From NCBI RefSeq assembly GCF_018350175.1, contig NC_058382.1, forward strand, positions 52,826,001 to 52,890,000: a stretch of 64,000 nt of DNA, read 5' to 3'. Made by a program: the position numbers and the translations under genes. The notes under the pieces are model-generated. The model was not told the DNA's origin. It saw only the letters and a program-made list of their open reading frames with translations, and did not search any database. This document shows, in pieces, positions 11,031-23,379 of the stretch; position 1 is the stretch's first letter; each line of letters starts with the position of its first letter. The stretch comes from Felis catus. Taxonomy: Eukaryota.

Positions 11031-12401
11031 TCCCCAATTTTTTTTCTGATATTTTTGTACTGAATTAACAGGATTTTTTTTTAAATGCGCTTCATTACGT
11101 GTTTCCTCTGGCCTTACACATATGCCCCCAGTGGAAAAAGCAAACTGAATAAATTCATATTCTCAACCTTTTTCCTCAAGATTAGGTTCGGAATTTAATT
11201 TTTTCTTATGCTATCTGGATAATTACATTTGCTTTCTTGCATAGATGCAGGCAAATGGTTTTCCAATCTTAAAAACCAACGTACGTACCGCGGAAACTTG
11301 TGAGTAATCATGTCGCGGTTTCCTATACTGCTGGGGAAAATGCCCCATGTAAGTTTATAGCCTCCAGCAGGGACGTGAGGGAGGTGGACAGACCTAGCAC
11401 ATTCGCTGATGTGTTTGAACCTCAGAACATGAAGAACATTCACCATGCCCTTGAAAAATAAGCACAATCACAGTTCTATTTGAGGAAGACCTTCCGAAGG
11501 ATTGATTATCCTGGAAACATATTTTAAATGATTCAGCTGGACAGACAGGGCAACCAAGGTATCTCAGGATGGCAGCAAGATAAACAGGACCGGTCAAAGA
11601 AGAATGGAGCCCACACACGGAGGCCCAGGCTGGGACTCTGGGCACAGATGTGCAAGAGGAGGACCGCACCCTGCCCCGTCACAGCTGGCCCCGCTCCGTT
11701 CCACATCTGTGACTTTTCCTGCGAGAACTGGACGTTTCCCCCATCCTGAGCTGCGAGATGGAAAAAAAGATGCACGTTAGCCTCTGAGAAAAAGGCATCC
11801 AGTCCAAATGCCCTCTTAATTTTCTCAGTCCACACAGTCAACCCAGAATGGCCAGTCGCACCGTTGTCAAAACAACTGTGAACCTTTAAAGGGTTCCGAT
11901 GCATGCTAAGTTTATTTAGCTATAACTCGTCTGAATTTGGACTGTTTTTGAATCTTGGGGAAGAGAAGGATGTTGAAAGTAGAGCAGGGTACTACTTACG
12001 CTTAGGTTAAAGCAAAGTCCAGAGAAACCGGGTTCCTTTGTTGGCGGGTGTTTTCCCACAAGGTAGGGCAACATCATTTTATATAAAGTTGACATTTCTC
12101 ACGGTAGTGAGAAATCGCTTGTCCTTTAAACTTTAGGCATTGATGGACCTAATTATGCTTTTCAACACGATTTTGTGCATTTAATATTTCTGTTTAGAGC
12201 TTCCAAGAATCTCAATTATTAATCCCACTGTGGATTTACTGGTCTTTTGACTTTCTCTTTAGTAGAAAGATTGTAGATTCATCAAACATTGTTTGCCATC
12301 CTGAAATTTCAATAGTGTTTTAAACCAAACAGGAAGTCCAAAGCGAAGTATAAATGCCCAAAGTCATTTTCGTGGTATAGTATGGCCAAGAGCCTGTATG
12401 T

Positions 12402-12615
12402 TAAATTTTTTTGATGTTTATTTATTTTTGATGGAGAGAGACACAGGGCATGAACGGGGGAGGGGCAGAGAGAGAGGGAGATACAGAATCTGAAACAGAC
12501 TCCAGGCTCTGAGCTGTCAGCACAGAGGCCGACACGGGGCTCGAACCCACCAACTGCAAGATCATGACCTGAGCTGAAGCCGGACGCCTAACCGACTGAG
12601 CCCCCCAGGAGCCCC
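12402..12615 (-). mobile_element. SINEC_Fc-like SINE
   Basis: TSD AAGAGCCTGTATGT (12388-12401) / AAGAGCCTGTGTGT (12616-12629). Confidence 0.96.
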
Positions 12616-14034
12616 AAGAGCCTGTGTGTCTTATAAGTTCTTTGCAATCCTGATGGTGGGTAAGCAAAGGCTATGAAGGAGGAAAAGCACTACTGGTCTG
12701 CCGCACAATCCACCTAGACAATTGTTGGTGATGTTGTATGACCGAAAAATAGCATCTGCCCCAAAGATGCTATTTATAAAAGTAAACTGTTACAAATAGA
12801 GCTTAGTGTTAACCAAAGCTTTATGAATAAGTAATGAAGTTTAATTTTCTGTTATGACAGCCATTGTTTAGAAGCACACGTCTGCCAGGCCACTGGAATG
12901 ATTTCGTGTGGCTTAGGAGAACTTTTACGATTCTCCTTTTGAGTTTTGTAATAATCACTTTATTACTTCTCCATCAAGGCTTCTCTCCGCCAGCACACAT
13001 GTGGACCTTCTGAAAAGCAGGCTGACAATTGTAGCCTTTGCGTTTCTTCACACCACCCCCAGGACAACCCAACACTTCAGATCCGTCTCCTGTGGCTTTT
13101 CCCCCAGAGCGTTCACCAGCCTGCCCTTTGATGTTCATGGGCCGTCCCATTAGCTGTGATGGCTTAAGGTCCCCACACAAGCTCTGCCACAGAGGCTCTG
13201 ACTGTGGGCACAACGTGATCCCGCTTCGCAGGACTTGCCAGCTCGCCAAGGAGGCCTGTCTCTACCCATCCGCTTTCTGGTTGGCCTCCTCTGGAGACCG
13301 CACGGCCTGTCTCGCTACAACAGGTGGATGGCTTGGAAGGATCTTGTCCCGGGGTCCTTACACCCGGGGCCAGATGCCTGCACCAGTACTGTTTGCTGTG
13401 TGGACATCTGTGCTATTATTAAACACTATGCCAGCTAGATTTAAGCGCAGACCGATATTCTGAAGGATCCGGCGGGAAAGCGTGTGATAAACACTAGGAA
13501 TTCTTTAAATTGTGAAGGGCCAGTAGACTTTGTTCTCTCTTCGGGGGGCATCTAGGCTTGCAGAAGCTTCTCAGCTGATTCGCCATATCTCTGGAAGGCC
13601 CTCATGGGAGGGGGGAGGGTTTGCGTGGGTGGATGGCTCCACGGGGGACACGTGTGGTCTGTATGGCTACTTTGTGCCGTGTGACCATCCCCATCCGGAT
13701 CCTGCCTTCCTTTTCCAGGCTATCACAGCCTCGAGGCACCTTCTTTTGCTTTGGACCTTCTTGAGTTTGTCCACAAAATTAAAGGCTTTCAACGTATCCC
13801 AGTGGGCTGAAGAAAGGGATTCTTTCAATTTCCTTGGGATCCACGTCGCAGTGATTCTCCTCATTTGAGATAAATCAACCGTTAAAGTCCAGAGAGAAAC
13901 GGAAGCTACAAACACCCTCTGGATTTGAGCGCTAGACTCGCTTTACCTGGACATAAATGAGACTGACCTCTTGTTTTTGTTTTTTTTAACTGTGATAAAA
14001 CCTCCATAACAAAATTTACCACCTTCGCCACTTT

Positions 14035-14486
14035 TTTTTTTCTTTAAAAAATGCATTTATTTACATTGGAGTTAACACACAATGTAGTATTGGTTTCGGG
14101 AGTAGAACCCAGTGATCCATCACTTACATACGACACCCAGGGCTCATCCCAGCAAGTGCCCTCCTCACTGCCCATCACCCATGTAGCCAGTCCCCCCACC
14201 TCCTTCCCGCAACCCTCAGTTTGTTCTTTAAGAGTCTCTTATTGGGGCGCCTGGGTGGCGCAGTCGGTTAAGCGTCCGACTTCAGCCAGGTCACGATCTC
14301 GCGGTCCGTGAGTTCGAGCCCCGCGTCAGGCTCTGGGCTGATGGCTCGGAGCCTGGAGCCTGTTTCCGATTCTGTGTCTCCCTCTCTCTCTGCCCCTCCC
14401 CCGTTCATGCTCTGTCTCTCTCTGTCCCAAAAATAAATTAAAAAAAAAAAAACGTTAAAAAAAAAAAAAGAGTCTCTTATGGTTTG
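14035..14486 (-). mobile_element. Short carnivore L1 3' end nested in the L1MB, itself split by a SINE
   Basis: AGTTAACACACAATGTAGTATTGGTTTCGGGAGTAGAA...AACCCTCAGTTTGTTC...AAGAGTCTCTTATGGTTTG; similar to the 3' UTR of the 6363-9285 L1. Confidence 0.8.
14244..14467 (+). mobile_element. Young SINEC_Fc SINE
   Basis: CpGs retained; exact TSD AAGAGTCTCTTAT at 14230-14242 and 14468-14480. Confidence 0.98.
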
Positions 14487-14809
14487 CTATCTTAACCACT
14501 TTCAAGTGTCTGTTGAACAGGCATAAAGTCCACGCACGTTGTTGTGCGACCGTCACCCCCATCTGTCTCCGGGACAGATCGTTTAATCTTCCCCACCTGA
14601 AACTCTCTGTCCATCGTAAACACGAAGTCTTCCCTTCTCTCTCTCCGCAGCCCCCGCCAACTGCCATTCTCCTTTCTGTCACTGTGAATTTGACTATTCT
14701 AGGTACCGCCTGTAAGTGGAATCCTATCATATTTGACCTTTTGTGACTGGCTTATTTCACTTAGCGTAACGTCCTCCACGTTCACCCAGGTTCAGAGTTT
14801 TACCTTTTA

Positions 14810-15037
14810 TCTTCATTTTATTTTTATTTTTCTTACTGTTTATTCATTTTTGAGAGACAGGGACACAGCGCAAGCGGGGGGAGGGGCAGAGAGAGAGGGA
14901 GACACGGGATCCGAAGCAGGCTCCAGGCTCTGAGCTGTCAGCACAGAGCCCGATGCGGGGCTCGAACTCATGTACCGTGATATCATGACATGAGCCGAAG
15001 TCGGACGCTTAACTCGACTGAGCCACTCAGGCACCCC
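14810..15037 (-). mobile_element. SINEC_Fc-like SINE
   Basis: TSD GAGTTTTACCTTTTA (14795-14809) / GATTTTTACCTTTTA (15038-15052). Confidence 0.96.
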
Positions 15038-18000
15038 GATTTTTACCTTTTAAACCTTGAGATGGAGGGTTGTCTTTTCGACTGTCAGGCACTTGTAGCT
15101 GGCCTGGTTCACAGGGACACAGGAACTCGGTGGCATCGACAGGCCCAGCCAAGGGGCTATTCAGGCGACCTCTGATTCCGTCCTGGAGAAGGCAGACAAG
15201 GTTGGGAGACCCAGCTGCCACGTCAAGACTGTGGCCAAGCCCCCGTGGTCGGCATGGGCTAGTGGTAATGGGGTATGGGCCTGAATGGAATGCCTTTTAT
15301 TATGCACTCTTGACGTTTTCTGATATTAATCTTTTCTTCTCTCCCATCTATAATACTTCCCGCACACCACACTAAAGGGATATTTTAAGCATTAATTCTC
15401 CTAAAAAGCCTCATGCCCAATGTAAAAATATTTCACTGTCTCAGAAAAAGGCACTCTGTATAAATGAAAAGCACCATTATTAGTAATGACAATAATTTTT
15501 CTGACATCCATTTGGGCATTCTATATGTTTTGATAGGATTACATAAATAATGAAATTGTATGCAAACTATCAGAATGCAAAAGCCATTTGCTCCGAGGCG
15601 TGCACTAGCACCCTCATTTTTCTTCAGCAGCCCCATGTTCTTTGGGCTCCGCTCAGACATGCTGCTGTCTTTAATATTCTGTCCCCCGACTTCACCGAAT
15701 GATCGTCAGACTGACTTTTCCCCGGTGCCCTGGGCTTCGTTCCCTGAGACTTTTTTCTGGTGTGGGATGAGTATCCTTTCCGGGATTTTCCCAAAGGCGT
15801 TTATCTTTTCAATATCAACCATATTGAATGATTTTGTGTCATTTCCTTTAAAAAAAAAAGACATTTAATTATTTAAAAACAAAAATGCTTCTCTATGAGA
15901 GCATACCTGCGGTACTCAAAGCACTCACTTCCTGGCATGCCATAAATTACATGAAGGAATTATTCATTGTATCACTAAACACATACCTTCCATTTTCCTG
16001 GGCAGTCTATTAGGCTCAGCATGGTCTTTTAAATTATTATTTTAAAGATAAAAGATAATGGAACTATAGCATTAAATATACTTTGTAAATAGGCCGCTAG
16101 TGGGCACATTGAAAGATCGAAAAGACAAGAATGTAATTGGAAGGAAAATCACCTATAACTCATCGGTGGTTCATTGTATTGCTGATTATTTTAACTAGCC
16201 AACATTTTCTGCGTTAAACATTTACTCTAATATCCAAGAAAATAAAACAAATAAATTAATTTAAAAAAACCTGTAATTCTCCCATCCCAACACCAATATT
16301 TCCATTTTTGCATATGCAACTTGAATTTCCCTAAGTAATACTAACTAGGGGCATAGTACATCTTCAAAACCAAAAGCAGTTTACCTTTCTAGAATCATTG
16401 GCCCTGGCTATATGGCTAAAATCCCAGTTTCTTCTTAGCCCTTCCTTTGGTTTCCAGTAGTGGGGAGACCCAGGAGAATTCCAGACTCTTCAGAATCTGT
16501 CACCAGAGTCAAAAGGCTGACCCTAGTGGAAGGTGACCAAGAGAGGTGAGCCGAGGAGAGGGACTGGGGACAGGTCTCTTGGTTTGTGATTCATCCATAA
16601 ACGGAGGATATGCACCAGGCTATTCCTTAAATACCTTACGTTTGGGAGTGAAGGAGGGTCTGGGGGCAAGAGGTCATGGCTTCTGAAGGAAGTCTCCCCG
16701 GATTGTGCCCGGAGCCTGAAGGTCAAGCATACATTCCCACCAGTGTCCCTTAGCTTTTTGCTTGGGGAGATACGTGGGTACGAATCTGTCTCCTCCTGCT
16801 GACTTTTGGAGCATGTCCCACAGTCATGAAGGGCTGCTTCTCACCATGGAGACTGTTCCTTGCTTTTTTGTTTCCTGTCTTCCCACTTTCCGGTTCCCTT
16901 TTGCCAGCTCCCGGCTATCCTTCGCTCTAGAAGATTCCTTGGATTTAGAAATTGTGTGTTTTCTCGGCTCAAGTGTCTCCCTCCTCCGGTGGAAATACCT
17001 CATCCCCTACAGCTGTCCCCCCACCTTGACGACCACATCACAGTGCTCACTCTTTACCCAGACTCCCACCAGGCGGTGCCCCTCAGATGGCACCTCTTTT
17101 TCCTGAAAACCCCCAAATCATCACTCCTCCTGCATTAATGAGACAATGCCCTTCGTGTTCAACTTTGCAATTTAAGTCCGAGTCTTGTCCCACAGAATTA
17201 TTGCCAATTGATCTCCGTATAAATGTCTGGGTTTTCTGCATTATTAATGACGTGCTAGGCTTTTGACAAGCCTTGCTCTGGTGCACCTCGCTCCGAGCAG
17301 TGACTACGGAAGTATCAGAGGCAGGGCCTCCCTCTGTCTGAATTATTGGAGACTTTGGTTTAATGGGGAAAGAAGGACAAGTGATACTCCTTGATCTGTC
17401 CCTCTAGGAGCAGCTTACCCCCTCATTACATTGGCAGTGCCTCCTTAGGGCTCTATCTGGGGAGAGTCCTGGGACTTGTATCTACATTTGACGGAAAGAG
17501 TGCTGGGATTGATTAGCAATGGCTGCCTTGGGCGGAGGAGTAGAAAGACTGGGCCTGAGTGCTGCAAACCGCCTGCCCTGGGCTATGCGCTTATCTCGTC
17601 CCAGAAGAGGGGACCTTGAAGATGTTGGTGTCAGACACCAGGCACAAGAAGAGAGGTTCAGGTCCAATGGAGGGGCCCAAGGAATTGTTCCACATGGGCA
17701 GTGAGTGGTTTTGAAATCACTTTTCCTCAATTTGTTGTCTTAGCTCCGTTCAGCCACGCAAAAGGAACATGAGCATGGAGACTGGTGCATCATAGCCCCT
17801 GTGTTAGCGGTATTTTCTGTTACTCCTTTTCTGGCACCCTGTTGCGGATGCGGGGCTCCCCTTGTAGACTCAGGGCAGGGCCTAGGGCTTTCCATCAGTG
17901 ATTTTCAGTTTATCACAACACTCGAGGAGCAGAGAGGGGCACAGGGCTGGCTGGAAAGTCAGGACGGTCCGAAAAGCAACAACCATCTCTGCTTTGTCAT

Positions 18001-18099
18001 GTCTAGCTCTTTCTCTGGTCCTACTCTCCGCTCCAGGGGGACATCCCTTTCCCATCCTTGCCTGGCAAGTGCCAGGGCCTGGGTGACGCCAGACTGTTG

Positions 18100-18183
18100 T
18101 TCTGTTGTTGTTGTTTCAGTATAGTTGACATATGTTACTTACAGGTGTATGGCACAGTGTTTTCAATAATTCTGTACATTACG
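18100..18183 (-). mobile_element. Very short L1 3' end fragment
   Basis: AGTATAGTTGACATATGTTA...CAGGTGTATGGCACAGTG. Confidence 0.5.
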
Positions 18184-19475
18184 ATTTGCAAGTCTGGCGT
18201 GGAGAAGGAGGATGAACCTCTTCAGGGCCAAGTGATTGGAGGGGGGGAGGTCCTCGCTGCAAGCGCTGTATGCCGGGTCCTGGACCAGGAGTTCTTTACG
18301 GAAAGCCTGACGAGCCTGGGGAATGGGTGTTGGTGTACGAGACGGGGTCCCAGCAGCCGTCACCTGCCCAACTGCTCATCAGTGGCAGAGACCAAGTTCA
18401 AATCTGTGTGTTGACAAGGTCCCCGCCGTGGAAACCTTGCCTTGCTGCCTCCCAGCAGCTGAGGCAGGATGGATACCTTGCCAAAGCTTCCCCATCTCCT
18501 CCTGCCTGACTTTCTAGTGAAAGCTTATTAAAAAGGCCCCACCATCCCAGTACAGTTAAAAAAAAAAAAAAAAGTGCTTAGAGAGGTTGCATTCTGGTCA
18601 GGTTTGCATTTCTGGTCACGATGAGTTGCTTTAGCCCTTCAAGGTCATCTAGGACCTTTTGTATCCCCAAGGTCATTTCATCCTCAAGGTCTTTCTGCCA
18701 GAGATCAGGATTCTGCCTGGCTTCTGTCTGCCCTCTGGGCGGCTGACTGTGCCAACAGAAATGCCAGCTGCAGCGAAAAGGACAGGCTCTCCATTCGAGA
18801 AAAGCAGGGGGACTCGCATTTCTTTTCTAGCGTGGTTTCTCCCCTCCATAACGAGAAAAAGCTAATTAACGTGTGATGGTGACGGGGCTTCAGTCTCTGC
18901 CAGTTCCCCTGTGCAGGCCCTCGTTAGCATTCCCTCAGCTTCCCTCCTCAACAATAAATTCAGATTCGTGGTTGCAAGAGAGCAGAATCCACTTCAGAAG
19001 GATCGGTCCCCCCAGTGAGCCTCTGGGCAGGGTGATGTGCCACCTGCTCTTCATTTTATTTTATTTGTCACTTAGCACCCTGTTGGCCCTTTGTAAATAT
19101 TTGTCTTCACTGGTCTGTGGGGCTGTTCCCATAAACATGCCATTGATTGTCTCCTGAAGATAACATACATAAAAAGACATTTCAAAGTGCAGATACACCT
19201 TAAAATGAAAGAGGAGAGAGATGCTCATGATTTTATATTAGGTGGAAAAAATGAAGGAAGGAGAATCTTAAGATTTTAATTACAGAAAAAAATGACTAAG
19301 ACATGTGTTAGCCTACACATACAGAAAAAAAAAAAAAAAGATGGGAAATTTACAGAGGTGTTACTGGTCTCAAGGTGGCCTAATTATGATTTTTTAAAAA
19401 TATTTTCTATTATCAGGGTTTTCTGAAGTGTTGATAACACTGAGGCCAAAAAAATAAGTGTTTTAAAAAGATGTC

Positions 19476-19686
19476 TGCCTGGGTGGCTCAGTTGGTTGAG
19501 CGTCTGACTTCAGCTCAGGTCATGATCTCCCAGTTCGCAAGTTCAAGCCCCACGTCGGGCTCTGTGTTGATGCTCAGTGCCTGGAGCCTCCTTCGGATTC
19601 TGTGCCTCCCTGTCTCTCTGCCCCTCCCCTGCTTGAGCTCTGTCTCTCTCTGTCTCTCAAAAATACACATTAAAAAAAGATTTAGA
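19476..19686 (+). mobile_element. Carnivore SINE, slightly 5'-truncated
   Basis: TGCCTGGGTGGCTCAGTTGGTTGAGCGTCTGACTTC..., CT tract and tail. Confidence 0.95.
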
Positions 19687-19898
19687 GGGGCGCCTGGGTG
19701 GCTCAGTCAGTTGAGCGTCCGACTTCCGCTCAGGTCATGATCTCACAGTTCGTGGGTTCGAGCCCCGCATCGGGCTCTGTGCTGACAGCTCAGAGCCTGG
19801 AACATGCTTCAGATTCTGTGTCTCCTTCTCCCTCTGCGCCTCCCCCGCTCGCTCTCTTTCTCAAAAATAAATAAATGTAAAAAAAGAATTATATATAA
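19687..19898 (+). mobile_element. Carnivore SINE inserted in the tail of the preceding SINE
   Basis: Exact TSD AAAAAAAGATTTAGA at 19672-19686 and 19899-19913. Confidence 0.96.
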
Positions 19899-20779
19899 AA
19901 AAAAAGATTTAGAAGAAAAGACATCCAACCTGTGGAGAGAATTTACCAATATGCATCTCATGTCCACGTCCTGCTTTTGAGCTGCTTCTAGTATGATTGT
20001 TTTTCAAACCTAATGCTTGCTGCAAAAGGGATTGTTAATGGCTTATATTAGTAGGATTGGTGTTTCACCTCTCTGTTGGGAGTCTTGATTTTAACATGGA
20101 GAAACTGAACTAGACACACTGCATTAAAAACATCAACAACATAAAACTTAAAATTCTGGCAGCTTGATTTCCTTCTCCAGGGGACACTCGCGTTAACCAT
20201 TTCGGACTCTGGTTACCGTGAGGTACTTTTGCTCCTGGGTTGCAGGTTTCAAATGTGGCTTTGCAGGCACCGCTCTGTCTTCGTGGCCAAGCCATGAACC
20301 TCCCTGGACCCTCAAGTTTCCCCATCTCCTGCCCGCAGAAGCCAGTTCGCCTCACAGGGAAGGGAGATTCACTGAGGACCAGCTGAGAGGAGGCGTAAAA
20401 GAAGCCCACTGGCCCCACAGGAAGCCACAGGGTAGCCAAGCCCAGGAACCAGAGGGGTGACTTCCTCCTGGGTGTGGCCACGTAGGACTAGAAGAGATAC
20501 ACTTGCCCGCATTAGAGGCAGGTCGGAGAGGGGTGGGCCTCGGGCACGATCCCCCTGCTCAAGGCTGTGCCCACGATCAAGGTGTCCACTTTCCTTGTTG
20601 CCAGATGCTGGAACTGGCATTGGTTTGGGCATCCTCACGTAGGCCCCTCGACTAAACATGTCACAAAGTGCCACTGTCCCATGCGCCGTCTTCCTGAGAA
20701 GAGTGCCTGCAATTGGGGAGATGCTTGATAAGAACCAGGGGAGCCAGGGGTCTTAGTTCCAGCTATTCTCCCCCCTTCT

Positions 20780-20920
20780 CTGGCCCTTTGTCGGTGCTGT
20801 TCTCTCTGCCTGAAATGCCCCGTCCCCTGTTCGTCGTCTGACTCACCTCTGCCGGTCTTTGCAAACTTAGCTCAGGAGCTGCTGCCTCCAGGAAGCCACC
20901 CTGGATACACTCGTAGGCCA
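20780..20920 (+). mobile_element. L2 fragment
   Basis: GCTGTTCTCTCTGCCTGAAATGCCC...CTTAGCTCAG...CCTCCAGGAAGCC. Confidence 0.55.
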
Positions 20921-23379
20921 TGCTCCACACCATCCTGGGTTGTATCGGGGATTTCTTTCTGATTATAGGAAGTGGCTTAGCTGGGGGTTGCCCAGCTGGT
21001 TTGCCTGGGGAAGGGGCCAGCCTGCATCAATGGATGGAGCATGGGCTTTTGGGTCTGAGGGACAGTGGTGTGGATCTGAACACCTGTAGTTACTAGCAGA
21101 TTGTCAGCCAAGTGCATTTCACTTTTCTGGCCCTCGATCGTTTTATCTGGAATAGAACCAGAGCAAGAATGCAGTGATATCATGACACCTGTAATACATC
21201 CCATGGATGACGATATAACGTCACCTATCCAAAAGTATCTAACACAATATGAATATTGGCCCCATGGTCTTGCCCCAACTTAAAACCAACACAAAGGTGG
21301 AAACCTTCCTCTCACTCAGGCGTGATGTCTCTTCATTCTTGGCTTTCTCCTCTTTCAGGATCTGTCACCTCCCCATCACCTCTCCCTCTCTGTCCGTCAC
21401 CTCCCATCAGACCTCTCCCACTGCCCCAGGTGAACGCCTGCTCCCTGAGGGAAGGATTCTGTGGTCCCCTAAGAGAATCCTGTCCTGTCAGACCCAAGCC
21501 TCCTTAGGGACCCAATGACAGAGCAGGAGTGAGCTCATGAAGTCCACAGACATTGCTGGCTGGTTAGAGGGGCCGGGACCGTCCAGGTCGGCCAGGCTGA
21601 AGGAGAACACTGTCCCTGACAAGCGCAGGATCAGAATTTCAAATGTCTGGGGTCAGAAACAGGCCACCCAGAGCACCCCCGACTCAGACAGACCCCCGTC
21701 ACCACAGATGGCAGGCCACTGGGGACCAGACTGCAGATCTGAACCCAGGGCTTGAGTTTCCGCTTTTGTGTTTCCCTTCCAAGTAGCTTTGCTCTAGTTT
21801 CCAGACAAAATTTAGGCAAATATTCCGGAAGCAGTAAAAGAGCGTCCTCCCAGGCTCGGCTTCCCTCTGCTTTCTCATCCCTGTCTATGGAGCCTAGAGG
21901 AGCCCGGTGATGTTTCCCATTCTCTTAAGGACCCCTGTGGTTTCTTGTATGGAAATGAGTGGAATATTCACCTTGGTTCCTTCTGCAAAATGGTTGTGAA
22001 GTACATGCTTCTGCCTTCCTGGCCCTGTGCTCCAGAATGTGTGGGAAGGAATTAATTCCTTGCCTGCCTCCTGTGTGCCAGGTGCCTTCACCTGCATCCT
22101 CTTGGCTAACTTGTTTGCACATGTACCCAGGTGTATTCATAGCTAGGGGCTCGGACTCGTTCAGTGACTGACCCAAGGTCACCTGGTGGCTGGAAGGCTG
22201 GAACCTATGTGTGTTGTCTGCAAAGCCCATCCTCTTCTATACGGACCCCACAGTCAGCCCTTCACCACTGTCTTTTAGTTCACTCCCTGTCCGACCTGCT
22301 GGTTTGGAACACAGAAGCTCATTGGCGCTATTGTTTGTCAGATCTAGAGCTGTCCCCCTTGCCCAATCAATGCATATCATTTTGCCAACAGTCTGCTGCT
22401 GGAGAGATTGATTCTCTGGTTATTTATCTTCCTCTGCCCAGTGTAAATTGGTCAGCCTGATCTTACTCGCATGATAAAAATCGTAATGTCTCAAATTACT
22501 TACTCAATAAAATGTGGGTTTGTCTATTATTAGTGATCATTAGGGTTATAATGCAGCATGGAAATTTGGAGCAAATTAACTACATATGCAAGCTATTGGG
22601 CTCATGTGCAGTTAATCAGATGCACACGGTTCCAGTGGGCAGAAGGGCTTGCAAGAATCGTTTCAGGAAGAATTTGTGGGAGGGGAACTGAATACCCAAA
22701 TTTTCCATCGCCTGCTCCCCCTTAATCTGGATTTCTCAAATGCCTGCTTATCTGATAACAGTGTTGAAACTTGCAAATACAAAAAGAAAAAAAAAGAAAG
22801 ATCTCAAAGAACAGAATTATAACTCAAATGAAAATACCTTTTAATACCTCCATTCACGTGCCCCTGGCTTTTCTAATAATGAATACAAATTCCATGGTGA
22901 GCCAACACCCAAGAAGCCCCTCCTTGTCTCCTCTGTCTTGCCTGTCTGTCAAGTTCACTTTTTGGAGCCTTTCTGCTCAGTGATGTAACGGGACAACCTG
23001 TGTTGTTATCAGTGCAGTTCCCATCACACCTGGGCACTGCCACTTCCTCTGTGGCAGATGCTTCCTGGACTCGTGGGCAGGTGACAGGAGCTGACTTCGG
23101 CGACTTGCATCTCGGCGTCAGAGAGGTGTCGCCGTGAATGGCGGCGTAAGTTAAAACAAAAAGGAAAAAAGTTCTCTGTACAACTTGTTTCCTGAGATGG
23201 TGCCAGGAAACTTGACAATGAACTTTGTGAATTAAAGCTACCGGATGAATAGAGGTGGTGGCAGGGGAGCGGAAGTCAGAAAAATCTTTCATGGTTTTTG
23301 GTTTATGCAAAGTCTTCCGCCAAGGTGTGTGACTTACTCTGTTTGGATTCAGAGGACACAGCTAAGACCAAGGGTGAGG

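Larger units (their letters stand above)
13975..14792 (-). mobile_element. Old L1MB-like 3' end, interrupted
   Basis: CATAACAAAATTTACCA...[insert]...GTTGTTGTGCGACCGTCACC...GAATTTGACTATTCTAGGTACC...GACTGGCTTATTTCACTTAGC. Confidence 0.85.

Noticed and set aside
17066..17094. Two adjacent CTCF-like strings (CCACCAGGCGGTGC, CCTCAGATGGCAC)
   Set aside because: Both mismatch the core consensus and such strings are expected by chance in GC-rich DNA; a PWM scan or ChIP data would be needed.
20181..20222. Possible 42-nt in-frame micro-exon (GTLALTISDSGYRE) after TTTCCTTCTCCAG
   Set aside because: Weak donor (GAG|GTACTT), unrecognised peptide and no partner exons.
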